Shown piece after piece: positions 1-8,372 of a stretch of DNA of 32,000 bases. Source of the stretch: an uncultured Candidatus Saccharimonas sp. (GTDB taxonomy: Bacteria; Patescibacteriota; Saccharimonadia; Saccharimonadales; Saccharimonadaceae); NCBI GenBank assembly GCA_963528875.1, contig CAURWT010000001.1, positions 120,001 through 152,000 on the forward strand, read 5' to 3'. The translations under genes and the position numbers were made by a program. Each line of letters begins with the position of its first letter. Position 1 is the stretch's first letter. The notes beneath the pieces were generated by a model. That model was not told the origin of the DNA and did not search any database. It was given only the letters and a program-made list of their open reading frames with translations.

Positions 1-1593
1 ATTTTCAGATCCAGCAAGAACCATATTTGTTTTCAAGATTGCTCCCTTAAGATCAACTTTAAATATCTTTAGTTCCTCAAAAAGTTTTTTAAGAATCTTT
101 TCCGTAACTTCTCGACACTGTTGAATAGTATGTTTTCCAGAATAAACCACCTCTGGCTCAACGATCGGTACAATTCCATAATTCTGGCAAGCTTTAGCAT
201 ATTGCGCCAAAACTCGCAAATTCGAAGTGATTGCAGCTTCGCTTGGCGTTCCTTTTTCTTCATCAATTTCGAAAGCAACTCGCCATTTTGCAAAATCAAT
301 TCCTACTTTTGAATATTTTTGGAGTTTTTCAATCAAGGAATCGAGCCCTATTGAAATCGTCTCACCTTCAAATCCGACTAGAGGACGCAAACCACAGTCA
401 AGCTTCACACCAACCAGAATTCCGCGATTTTTCAAATACTCAACAAAATTAATACCTTCAGAAGTGTTTTGTTCGGTTGTCTCTTCAAAAAGAATAATTC
501 CACTTAAATAATTTTCAATATCTGGTGTTTTGAAAAACATCTCACGATAGGCTCGGCGATTTTCAAAAGTATCTTCAAGCCCAATTGTTTCGAATTTTTT
601 ATGAATATTCCCGCCAGACTCATCTGCAGCAAATATTCCTTTTGGCCGCGCAACTAATTTTGCGGCAGTTTTATGTAATCGTGTTTCAATATCTAGCGTA
701 TTACTCAAAACATCAACAGATAACTCATAGTTTTTACGATTTAAAATTTGATACGCATAAAAAGGCTTCAATATATCATTAAAATCAGATTTATTAGCAA
801 TCGTAACTGCAACTTGCAAATTTTCTTCTAATTTTGAAGAATTCGAAAAATTTTCAGCAACAAAAGCTGCCTGAAAAATATTATTCTGATAAAACGAATT
901 TAATTCGAAATTAGTTTCAATACTAGCAATTTTTTCTTTATTTCCAGCAATTATTTTCGAACCATCAAAAATGACAACGCCTCGCACACCAGTTCTAATT
1001 AGTGAATCTATCGCATTTTCATAACCTGAATAATCAATCAAATCACTTAAATTTTGTTTTCGAAAATCTACAAAAACTAAATTCGCTCGAACGAAAAACT
1101 CATGCGCAAGCTCAGGGCTCAAATCGGCAATATTAAAAACAAGCTCGATCTTTGGATTTTCACGCAAATATTTTTTAAAATCTGCCAGATAATTTTGCGA
1201 AAAATTAGCATCCGCAATATAAATTAAATCTGGTGGAAAAGCTGGCGAAACCCATTTTGTACTACGAGGATTGCTAGTTAAAATAAAACTCTTACCCTTA
1301 TATGAAACTACAAATCGATCAATTAGATCATTATTAATTTCATCATATTCAAAATGAGAAGTACCGTTTGGATTCGCACTTGAAAAAGCCTTAAAGTGTG
1401 CTGCTGTAAAGATTTTTTCACTCAAAATTGTTCCACCATAAACACCAGCTTGTTTTTGATAATTTAAAGTTGAATCATCAAAAGTTAGATCATAATGGAA
1501 ATCATTAAGTTCATCTTTATAAATTTTTTGATTTTGAATGTCTAAAAAGTTATCTTTTGTCGCATTTCCAATCGATAAAATCGTCGGTTTCAT
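1..1593 (-). CDS. fba: Class I (Schiff-base, eukaryote-type) fructose-bisphosphate aldolase preceded by a ~285-aa N-terminal extension; C-terminus runs off the window at position 1
   Basis: Absent from the ORF track (no in-window stop). Hand translation of the minus strand from ATG 1593 (SD AAGGTGG upstream, in-frame TAA at 1603-1605) is open for all 531 codons; I checked triplet by triplet. Residues ~310-531 read AKLVARPKGIFAADESGG..FENRRAYREMF..ILFEET..VGVKLDCG..IDFAKWRV..IVPIVEPEV..AILKTNMV. These match the AADES / VDKG / FAKWR / VEPE / LLKPNM blocks of class I aldolases, including the Schiff-base Lys position. Confidence 0.85.
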   Translation of the reverse strand, partial: MKPTILSIGNATKDNFLDIQNQKIYKDELNDFHYDLTFDDSTLNYQKQAGVYGGTILSEKIFTAAHFKAFSSANPNGTSHFEYDEINNDLIDRFVVSYKGKSFILTSNPRSTKWVSPAFPPDLIYIADANFSQNYLADFKKYLRENPKIELVFNIADLSPELAHEFFVRANLVFVDFRKQNLSDLIDYSGYENAIDSLIRTGVRGVVIFDGSKIIAGNKEKIASIETNFELNSFYQNNIFQAAFVAENFSNSSKLEENLQVAVTIANKSDFNDILKPFYAYQILNRKNYELSVDVLSNTLDIETRLHKTAAKLVARPKGIFAADESGGNIHKKFETIGLEDTFENRRAYREMFFKTPDIENYLSGIILFEETTEQNTSEGINFVEYLKNRGILVGVKLDCGLRPLVGFEGETISIGLDSLIEKLQKYSKVGIDFAKWRVAFEIDEEKGTPSEAAITSNLRVLAQYAKACQNYGIVPIVEPEVVYSGKHTIQQCREVTEKILKKLFEELKIFKVDLKGAILKTNMVLAGSEN

Positions 1594-1659
1594 TTCCCAC
1601 CTTTAAAAATTATTATGCTTTTGCTTAAATTATATCAAATTTTCGAAAATAAATCAAAC

Positions 1660-2985
1660 TTAAAGATTAAACAAATCATTCAGACTTTCAGCCACGGTTG
1701 GGTGGGTAAAAATCTGGTCTCGTAGAACAGTATAATCAAGCCCAGCATCAATCGCCGTTTTTATAATATTTATAACTTCTGGCGAATTATAGCAAAACAG
1801 AGCTGCACCTAAAATTTTATTAGTTTTTGAATCTACAATCGCTCGCAAAAGACCCGCCGTTTTAAATTCAAGCTGAAGTTTTGGTACTGCTGCCGCTGGA
1901 ATCTCCTTTACCTTAATATCGAAACCTTCCGCTAAAGCTTGTTTTTCAGTTAGTCCAACTTTCGAAAACGGAACCTGTAAAAAAATCGAATTCGGCAAAT
2001 TAACACGATTTTTTAGAGAATATTTTCCGTCGCCATAAAACTGTGAGCGCAAAATTCGAAAATCATCTAAAGAAGCATAAGTAAATTGCTCTTTTCCTCT
2101 CACATCACCAACCGCCCAAACTTTTGAATTCGAAGTTTGAAGATTTTCGTCAGTCCAAATTCCGCCATTTTCGAGTGTTTTAATTCCTGCTCGTTCAAGG
2201 TTTAATTTTGCAGTTGCCGGTTTTCGCCCGGTTGAAATTAGTACTTTGTCAAAAGCTAATTTCTTACCATTATTTTGGACTAAAATGCCATTTTCAACAT
2301 TTTCGAAAGCCTCAATATTTGCATTAAACTCAAAATTAATACCTTGCGAAACTAAAAAGTTGAAAATTGCTTTTCGCATCGAATCATCTTCATCAGCTAA
2401 AATTTTATCGCCTCGTTCAAAAATTGTTACTTTCGTGCCCAACTTTGCAAGAGTTGAAGCAAACTCTAGGCCGATAAATCCACCCCCAATAACTGCTAGG
2501 TTGTTAATCACCTCCCGATTCTCAAGAAGCTCTGTACTGGTTAAAATTTTTGAATCCTTCAAACCTTCTTCAATTCCTGAAATTTTAGGAATAAAACTTT
2601 CTGCACCAGTATTAATAATAATCTTATCGGCCGAAAGCTCAAGTTTTTCACCATTCGATTCAACTAAAATTGTGTTTTCATCTAAAAATGAACCAAAGCC
2701 GTCAAAAACCGTAATCGACTCGTTATCTGCAAGCATATGATAATTTTTTGAATTTAGCCGCTGCACAACATCAAATTTTCGCGCAATCGCTTCTTCGAAA
2801 GTTAGATTTTCACTCGCCGCAACTGCTAGAACTTTGGTTGGAATACAAGCAATATTGATGCAGGTTCCGCCATACATTTTCGGCGACTTTTCAATTAATG
2901 CGACTTTTTCACCTTTATTAGCAGCCAGAACTGCCAAAGTTTTTCCAGCTTTTCCAAATCCAATTATAATTTTATCAAATTTCAT
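1660..2985 (-). CDS. rclA: Class I pyridine nucleotide-disulfide oxidoreductase, RclA/YkgC-like flavoprotein
   Basis: 441-aa ORF with SD AAGAGGT. FAD motif IIGFGKAGK, redox-active pair GGTCINIACIPTK, NAD(P)H motif VIGGGFIGLEFA, C-terminal FTHPTVAESLNDLF. From memory, length and blocks resemble E. coli RclA (441 aa) more than lipoamide dehydrogenase. No database search was possible. Confidence 0.85.
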   Translation of the reverse strand: MKFDKIIIGFGKAGKTLAVLAANKGEKVALIEKSPKMYGGTCINIACIPTKVLAVAASENLTFEEAIARKFDVVQRLNSKNYHMLADNESITVFDGFGSFLDENTILVESNGEKLELSADKIIINTGAESFIPKISGIEEGLKDSKILTSTELLENREVINNLAVIGGGFIGLEFASTLAKLGTKVTIFERGDKILADEDDSMRKAIFNFLVSQGINFEFNANIEAFENVENGILVQNNGKKLAFDKVLISTGRKPATAKLNLERAGIKTLENGGIWTDENLQTSNSKVWAVGDVRGKEQFTYASLDDFRILRSQFYGDGKYSLKNRVNLPNSIFLQVPFSKVGLTEKQALAEGFDIKVKEIPAAAVPKLQLEFKTAGLLRAIVDSKTNKILGAALFCYNSPEVINIIKTAIDAGLDYTVLRDQIFTHPTVAESLNDLFNL

Positions 2986-3006
2986 TTTTACCTCTTTTCT
3001 ATTTTA

Positions 3007-3015
3007 ATTTTAACA
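3007..3015 (-). promoter_or_regulatory. Extended -10 element TGTTAAAAT upstream of the rclA-like gene
   Basis: Minus strand reads TGTTAAAAT TAAAAT AGAAAAGAGGTAAAA ATG. The -10 lies 21 nt upstream of ATG 2985. No good -35. Confidence 0.4.
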
Positions 3016-3049
3016 CATTTTACTTAGAAAAGTCTTAAAATTTTAAGAA

Positions 3050-3076
3050 AAAGAAAAAACCCCGAGATTTCGGGAG
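3050..3076 (-). terminator. Intrinsic terminator downstream of tRNA-Asn
   Basis: Minus-strand RNA CUCCCGA-AAUC-UCGGGG followed by UUUUUUCUUUUU. Short GC-rich stem (5-6 bp), tetraloop, U-run. Confidence 0.55.
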
Positions 3077-3083
3077 ATTTTCT

Positions 3084-3158
3084 TGGCTCCGGCAGCTGGG
3101 CTCGAACCAGCGACCTATTGGTTAACAGCCAACCGCTCTACCACTGAGCTATGCCGGA
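3084..3158 (-). tRNA. tRNA-Asn, anticodon GTT, CCA encoded
   Basis: 75 nt. The minus-strand read TCCGGCA-TA-GCTC-AGTGGTA-GAGC-G-GTTGG-CTGTTAA-CCAAT-AGGTC-GCTGG-TTCGAGC-CCAGC-TGCCGGA-G-CCA folds as a canonical cloverleaf with all four stems complementary. Confidence 0.92.
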
Positions 3159-3169
3159 ATAATAATCTT

Positions 3170-3198
3170 ATTATACACGAGTTTTTTAATAATTTCAA
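3170..3198 (-). promoter_or_regulatory. Sigma-70-type promoter for tRNA-Asn
   Basis: Minus strand TTGAAA (3193-3198), 17-nt spacer, TATAAT (3170-3175). The mature tRNA 5' end lies 11 nt downstream of the -10. Confidence 0.7.
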
Positions 3199-3215
3199 GA
3201 CTTTTTTATATTTTT

Positions 3216-3253
3216 TCAGAAAAATCGGCCCACTTTTTTAATGAGCCGATTTC
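3216..3253 (-). terminator. Putative terminator after the ABC permease gene
   Basis: AAAATCGGC (3221-3229) pairs with GCCGATTTT (3245-3253). The 3' arm runs into a U-tract on the minus-strand RNA. The 15-nt loop is large, hence modest confidence. Confidence 0.4.
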
Positions 3254-3260
3254 ATTATCT

Positions 3261-4565
3261 TTATTCAGTTCGAAGAGCCTCAATTGGGTTCATCTTTGCC
3301 GCCTTTCGTGCTGGTAAGAATCCAGAAATCACCGAAAGTAACATCAAACCAACTACCAATAGAATCCAAGCGAATAAATCTGGTTGAAGTAAATTCGTAT
3401 CCACGCCAGAAGTTTTTTGCAGTTTTAAGACACTACTGATTACAGGGTTTAAGAAAGTAATTCCATACGCTACAACAATTCCAATTATTCCACCAAATAA
3501 ACCAATCAGCGCCGCTTCGTATCTAAAAAGTTTCGAAACATCACTCTTTCGCATTCCGAGCGATTTCATTAAACCAATTTGTGAAGTTCGCTCTAAAACT
3601 GAAATATATTGCGTGTTAATAATTCCAAAAGCCGAAGCAAGAAGTGTCAAAAATCCAAATCCAGCAAGACCTGCCGCCATAACATTAATTGCTGTTTGAA
3701 CCGTTGCTTTATCATCTGCAAAAGTGGAAACTTGGTAAAATTCACCACCGTTTAATGCTGTAATTTCCTTTTTAATTTCATCAACTTTTCGTGTGCCGTC
3801 GGTTGTTACGCTAGCACTATAAAACCGCATTTCACCAGAATTTTGCTTTTTCGCAATTTCCAAACCATCACTATTATTCATCCAGAAATTTCCGTGATAG
3901 TTAAAATTAGTATCCGTTTTTCCAGCATCAACTGCTTGAATTTCAAAAGTCTTTTCGAAAGTTTTGCCTTCCGCATCTTTCATTTCGAAAACTACTTTTT
4001 TACCCACAATATCAGCAGGATTTTTACCTCCAAAAGATTCAATATAAGCTTTTGGTGCGATAACTTTTCCATTATCAATTTGATTATTTTTGCTTAGTTT
4101 TCCAGCCGAAAGCCCCATCTCTTGTTCGTCATTTTTAGTGGCAACATATCCGTCGTATTTTATACCATTTTCAGACCGAACAGTCTCAATCTTCACGGGA
4201 ACCGCTGGAGAGACATTTCGAACACCTTTAATTTTTAAAATTTTATCTAAACCTTCCTTCTTAAACGAGTGACTCTCGGCGTCAATTTCAGCTTTTTTCC
4301 TGGCAGCATCTTCACGAGTTGATTCAACCCTATTTGGCGCATAAGGATCTTTTTTATTCTTAATTAATCGCGAGATAGTTAAAGCATTTTGATCACCTAA
4401 TTTATTGGCTAAACTTTCAACATAAGCATTGCCACCCTTTCCGGCTGCAATTGCGAGTGCAACAGTTGTCGCACCAACCGCAATTGCCAAACTTGTCAAA
4501 ATTGTTCGCCCTTTTGCTAAACGAATATTTTTTCCAGCTCGCTTAATAATATCAACTCTACGCAT
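3261..4565 (-). CDS. ABC transporter permease, MacB/FtsX type (N-terminal TM, ~270-aa extracytoplasmic domain, three C-terminal TMs)
   Basis: C-terminal FtsX-like block MKSLGMRKSDVSKLFRYEAALIGLFGG. I prefer ATG 4565 (MRRVDIIKRAG...) because AAGGAG sits 6 nt upstream. The track start at 4580 would contain that SD. Overlaps the ATPase stop as ATGCGTAG. Confidence 0.85.
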   Translation of the reverse strand: MRRVDIIKRAGKNIRLAKGRTILTSLAIAVGATTVALAIAAGKGGNAYVESLANKLGDQNALTISRLIKNKKDPYAPNRVESTREDAARKKAEIDAESHSFKKEGLDKILKIKGVRNVSPAVPVKIETVRSENGIKYDGYVATKNDEQEMGLSAGKLSKNNQIDNGKVIAPKAYIESFGGKNPADIVGKKVVFEMKDAEGKTFEKTFEIQAVDAGKTDTNFNYHGNFWMNNSDGLEIAKKQNSGEMRFYSASVTTDGTRKVDEIKKEITALNGGEFYQVSTFADDKATVQTAINVMAAGLAGFGFLTLLASAFGIINTQYISVLERTSQIGLMKSLGMRKSDVSKLFRYEAALIGLFGGIIGIVVAYGITFLNPVISSVLKLQKTSGVDTNLLQPDLFAWILLVVGLMLLSVISGFLPARKAAKMNPIEALRTE

Positions 4566-5244
4566 TTTTAACTCCTTCAATATGCTCTATTTCGCCATCT
4601 TTTATTCGAATCCGAATATCACATTTTTCTGCTAATTCTTCATCATGAGTAATAATAAATAGCGTTGCACCAGACTTTTTATTATATTCAAAAAGTAATT
4701 TTTCAATTTTTTCACTAGTTGCGGAGTCTAAATTTCCCGTTGGTTCATCCGCAAAAATTATTTCTGGCGAGTTTACAATTGCTCGCGCAATCGCAAGACG
4801 CTGTTTTTGCCCACCCGAAAGGTCGCGGGCTGGTGTTTTGATTTTATCTTTCAAACCAACCGCTTTTAGGGCGTCTTCTACAATTTCTTTCCTTCGAAAA
4901 ATTGGCTCTTCAGAAATTTCAAGTGGCAAACTTACATTTTCGAAACAAGTTTCATTTCCTTGAACGAAAAAGCTTTGAAAAATAAATCCCATTTTTTTCG
5001 AACGAAATTTATCAATCTTCTTTTGATTAATTGATAAAATATTTACTCCGTCCATTAAAACTTCACCTTTTTCTGGAGCGTCTAGGCCACTCATTGCATG
5101 AATTAGTGTTGATTTTCCACTTCCCGATTTCCCAATAATCGCCACGCTTGAACCATTTTCAATCTTGAAACTCACATCTTTTAATGCCTGAAAACGATTC
5201 TTCTTTTTGCCGTAAATTTTTGAAATATTTCGAACTTCAATCAT
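4558..5244 (-). CDS. ABC transporter ATP-binding protein (MacB/LolD-like)
   Basis: Walker A GKSGSGKST, signature LSGGQKQR, Walker B IIFADEPTGNLD, H-loop ITHD. SD AAAGGAGG. Confidence 0.93.
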   Translation of the reverse strand: MIEVRNISKIYGKKKNRFQALKDVSFKIENGSSVAIIGKSGSGKSTLIHAMSGLDAPEKGEVLMDGVNILSINQKKIDKFRSKKMGFIFQSFFVQGNETCFENVSLPLEISEEPIFRRKEIVEDALKAVGLKDKIKTPARDLSGGQKQRLAIARAIVNSPEIIFADEPTGNLDSATSEKIEKLLFEYNKKSGATLFIITHDEELAEKCDIRIRIKDGEIEHIEGVKNA

Positions 5245-5257
5245 ATTCCTCCTTTAG

Positions 5258-6838
5258 TTAAAATTCATCTCTATCTAAATTTTCAAGATAAAAACATTGG
5301 CCTTTAGTATTCTCATTAAAATCATAATCATTCACTTTTACATTTTTTGCGCGAGCTTTCAAACGAGTAACTTTTGGACTATTAAAACTACAATTTTTAG
5401 TTTTAATATTTGCATTTTCAACATTATTTAGTTCAACACTTCCACTATTTGAATTTAATGTTAAGTTTAAAACATCAATGTGCTTTCCTGAAAATACGCC
5501 ATATTCACCTTTCGAAATCTCTAAATTTGTAATTTTAGCTGAATTTTCAAAATAAACTGAGCCACCATTCATTTTTACTTTCATATTCTCAGCATCTTTC
5601 GCAAAATAATTTACGTTCGAATTTGAAGTTACATCAATTTCATTTAGTTCTGGGCCATAAATATGAATTTCTTCATATCCTAATCCGCCAAAATATAGAT
5701 TTTGCGGAACATTATTTAAACTCAATTTCAAAGTTTCTCCTTCAAAATCAACTTTCAAATTATGTTTTCGAAAATTCATATGTGTAAATTCAATTTTTTG
5801 CTCATCTGAAATGTGATAGAAAACAGAAACTGAAGAATCAACTTTTAGTTTTTTAACACTTTTCATTTTTTCAGAATTAATTTTAATTTGTTCAGAGACT
5901 AAACTTTTCGAAACCTTTTCATTAGCCTTATCGCGTAAAATTGTGGTAAAAGAAATCGATCCCAAAATTCCGCCTAAAGCAACTATCACTGAAACAATAA
6001 TTGTTATAATATCAATTTTCGAAGCCTTCAATTTAAACAGTATTTTTGCAATAAAAGCCGTAAAAATCAAATAAGAAATTCCCATTATATTTGCTGAAAT
6101 TACTATACCAGTTGCAGCATTCTTTGCGTTGGCAAAATTAGCCATTTCGCCAATTTGCATTAATGCCCAGTTTCCAAAAAACATCGCTAGGATTCCACCA
6201 AGAAAAGCAAAAACTGTAAAAATTCCAAAAATTATCCCAAAAATTCGAGCAATTTTCATATTTCGAGCTGCATTTTTTTCGAAATTATACTCTTCGTTAA
6301 CTTCTCGAATTGCACTTGCTGTAATAACTTCACCGCGAAGTCGCAAAATATCATTAGCATTTTTTGCCGCTGGAATGATAAGAATTGATAGAATATAAAT
6401 TGGAACAATTGCGCCAAAACTTACAAAAAACATAACCGCTAAAGCTAGCCTGACCCAAACCGTATCAATTTTCAAATATTGCGCTAATCCTGCCGCTACA
6501 CCCGAGATCATTCCGTTTTGTTCATCTCGGAATAGCTTTTTTGAAATTTTTGGAATGCGAATTTCTTCATTTTCACCATCAAAATTCAAATCTTGAAACA
6601 CTTCTGGTGAGCCAATTTGAGCCTCAATTTTTGAAATTTCTTTTTCAGTGATTACTCCGCCTTCTTTTATACCAAGTTCTGCTAGAATTTCAGTGATTCG
6701 AATTTCAACATCTTCAAAAATATCTTCATCGCCAGAGTAGATTTTTAAATCTTTTAGATATTTTTCAAGCCTCTTTTTGGCATAAATTTCAATTTCGTAA
6801 GGAATTTTTGCCAAATGAATTCTTGTAATTTCTTTCAT
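5258..6838 (-). CDS. PspC-domain membrane protein: N-terminal helical (DUF1700/HAAS-like) region, several TMs, C-terminal beta-rich (DUF4097/DUF2807 'toastrack'-like) domain
   Basis: PspC block MISGVAAGLAQYLKIDTVWVRLALAV, followed by about 5 hydrophobic helices. The last ~190 aa have repetitive short beta-strand patterns (VKMNGGSVYFENSAKITNLEISKGE..LNLTLNSNSGSVELNNVENANIK). SD AAGGAG. Names for the flanking domains are inference. Confidence 0.75.
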   Translation of the reverse strand: MKEITRIHLAKIPYEIEIYAKKRLEKYLKDLKIYSGDEDIFEDVEIRITEILAELGIKEGGVITEKEISKIEAQIGSPEVFQDLNFDGENEEIRIPKISKKLFRDEQNGMISGVAAGLAQYLKIDTVWVRLALAVMFFVSFGAIVPIYILSILIIPAAKNANDILRLRGEVITASAIREVNEEYNFEKNAARNMKIARIFGIIFGIFTVFAFLGGILAMFFGNWALMQIGEMANFANAKNAATGIVISANIMGISYLIFTAFIAKILFKLKASKIDIITIIVSVIVALGGILGSISFTTILRDKANEKVSKSLVSEQIKINSEKMKSVKKLKVDSSVSVFYHISDEQKIEFTHMNFRKHNLKVDFEGETLKLSLNNVPQNLYFGGLGYEEIHIYGPELNEIDVTSNSNVNYFAKDAENMKVKMNGGSVYFENSAKITNLEISKGEYGVFSGKHIDVLNLTLNSNSGSVELNNVENANIKTKNCSFNSPKVTRLKARAKNVKVNDYDFNENTKGQCFYLENLDRDEF

Positions 6839-6846
6839 ATTTCTCC

Positions 6847-7188
6847 TTAAAGTTTGCTGATTGTTTTATTTAATTTGCTGATTTCTTCGCTAACCTTTTC
6901 ACAAACATTAGCGCCAAATTCAGTTATTGAATAATATTTTCTAGGCGGACCTTGCTCACTTTCTTGCCATTCATGGCTTAATAATCCATCTTTTTGTAGC
7001 CTTGATAGCAACGGATAAATCGTGCCTTCAACCACAACCATTTTAGCTTCACGCAATTCCTTAATGATGTCGCTGGTGTAAACTGGCTTTTTTGCACAAA
7101 CCTTTAGCACGCAAAACGCCATAAAACCTTTTCGCATCTGGGTTGAAATTTGTGAAGCATATTTTTCAATACTTTCTTGTTCCTTCAT
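6847..7188 (-). CDS. PadR-family winged-helix transcriptional regulator
   Basis: 113 aa with the characteristic EGTIYPLLSRLQKDGLLSHEW...PRKYYSITEFG block. Confidence 0.9.
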   Translation of the reverse strand: MKEQESIEKYASQISTQMRKGFMAFCVLKVCAKKPVYTSDIIKELREAKMVVVEGTIYPLLSRLQKDGLLSHEWQESEQGPPRKYYSITEFGANVCEKVSEEISKLNKTISKL

Positions 7189-7196
7189 ACTTCTAT

Positions 7197-7223
7197 GTTA
7201 TACAAGGTAGCTTAAAAAGTCAA
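7197..7223 (-). promoter_or_regulatory. Putative promoter of the padR operon
   Basis: Minus strand TTGACT (7218-7223), 15-nt spacer, TATAAC (7197-7202), then 8 nt to ATG 7188 with no clear SD. Implies a very short or absent 5' UTR. Confidence 0.4.
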
Positions 7224-7234
7224 GTACTTTTTTC

Positions 7235-7274
7235 AAAAAAAATAAAAAAGTCTGTTCGAAAACAAACTTTTTTT
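7235..7274 (-). terminator. Intrinsic terminator of galE
   Basis: Minus-strand RNA GUUUGUU-UUCG-AACAGAC (7-bp stem with one G.U pair, UUCG tetraloop), then UUUUUUAUUUUUUUU. On the plus strand the same stem has a C.A mismatch, which fits minus-strand function. Confidence 0.8.
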
Positions 7275-7281
7275 AAGATTT

Positions 7282-8295
7282 TTACATTAATCCATTCGGA
7301 TTTTTACTTTGCCAATTCCACGAATCTCGACACATCTCCTCAAGTGTTTTTTCGGTTTTCCAGCCAAGTTCTTTTTCAACCTTGGCAACATCGGCATAAC
7401 AAAATGCAATATCACCTGCACGGCGTGAGGTAATTTCGAAAGGAATCTTTTTGCCAGAGGCTTTTTCGAAAGCACGAACTAGCTCCAAAACACTCACTCC
7501 CGAGCCTGAACCAAGATTATAAATTTTAACGCCACCATTCTTACGGTTATTTTCTAATGCTTTCAAATGACCCTTAGCTAAATCTACAACATGAATATAG
7601 TCACGCACGCCTGTACCATCAGGAGTTTCGTAATCATCGCCAAAAATTGAAAGTTTTTCTCGTTTTCCAATGGCAACTTGAGAAATATACGGCATCAAAT
7701 TATTCGGAATTCCTTGCGGATCTTCACCGATTAAACCGCTTTCATGTGCACCAATTGGGTTGAAATATCGCAAAATCGTAATCGACCAGTGCGTATCAGC
7801 CTTTACTAAATCTTTCAAAATATGTTCAATCACAACTTTAGTATATCCATAAGGATTCGTTGCTGTTTCGCAAGGCATTTCTTCTCGATAAGGAACTGGA
7901 TTTTTGTCGCCATAAACTGTCGCGCTCGAAGAAAAAACAATATCATAAACGTTAAACTCTCGCATAATTTCCAAAAGAGAAATCGTTCCTTGAATATTGT
8001 TTTTATAGTATTTAAGTGGCTTCCCAACGCTTTCGCCAACTGCTTTTAAGCCTGCAAAATGCATCACTTGTTCAATATTATTTTCTTGAAAAATTTTTCG
8101 AAGACCATCTTTATTTAAAATATCAACTTCATAAAATTTAAAATCCTTGCCTGAAATTTCATGAATTCTCTCTAAAGCTTTAGGTTTCGAATTTACAAAA
8201 TTATCAATAATTATAACTTCTTCATTATTTTCAAGAAGTTCAATTGAAGTGTGGGCACCGATAAATCCTGCGCCACCAGTTACTAAAATTGCCAT
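7282..8295 (-). CDS. galE: UDP-glucose 4-epimerase
   Basis: 337 aa. Rossmann VTGGAGFIGAH, catalytic YGYTK (YxxxK), SDR-extended architecture. SD AAGGAAG. Confidence 0.93.
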   Translation of the reverse strand: MAILVTGGAGFIGAHTSIELLENNEEVIIIDNFVNSKPKALERIHEISGKDFKFYEVDILNKDGLRKIFQENNIEQVMHFAGLKAVGESVGKPLKYYKNNIQGTISLLEIMREFNVYDIVFSSSATVYGDKNPVPYREEMPCETATNPYGYTKVVIEHILKDLVKADTHWSITILRYFNPIGAHESGLIGEDPQGIPNNLMPYISQVAIGKREKLSIFGDDYETPDGTGVRDYIHVVDLAKGHLKALENNRKNGGVKIYNLGSGSGVSVLELVRAFEKASGKKIPFEITSRRAGDIAFCYADVAKVEKELGWKTEKTLEEMCRDSWNWQSKNPNGLM

Positions 8296-8337
8296 TTCTT
8301 CCTTTCATAATATAAAATTAAGCACTTTATATTGTAT

Positions 8338-8366
8338 ATTATACTATTTTTCAAAAGACATGGCAA
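8338..8366 (-). promoter_or_regulatory. Promoter of galE
   Basis: Minus strand TTGCCA (8361-8366), 17-nt spacer, TATAAT (8338-8343). Confidence 0.6.
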
Positions 8367-8372
8367 TTTATC

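Noticed and set aside
69-782. Five short track ORFs on both strands: 69-299, 121-312, 227-511, 231-452, 585-782
   Set aside because: All lie inside the long open minus-strand frame 1-1593, which encodes recognisable class I aldolase motifs. They are low-complexity alternative-frame or antisense readings.
2246-2740. 164-aa plus-strand ORF antisense to the RclA-like gene. Similar antisense ORFs: 3843-4635, 6129-6398, 7143-7475, 7822-8049, 8895-9316, 10979-11164, 13197-13788, 19486-19924, 20273-20550, 22327-22539, 24410-24975, 25766-25981, 27411-28462, 28884-29081, 29460-29684, 30856-31059
   Set aside because: Each is fully nested in, or antisense to, a longer ORF with clear family motifs. They lack SD sequences, and their Ser/Phe/Ile/Lys-rich compositions are typical of shadow ORFs in AT-rich DNA.
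3050-3260. tRNA-Asn as an integration hotspot or genomic-island boundary
   Set aside because: I found no integrase, no direct repeat of the tRNA 3' end, and no compositional change on either side. The flanks are an ordinary ABC operon and a redox enzyme.
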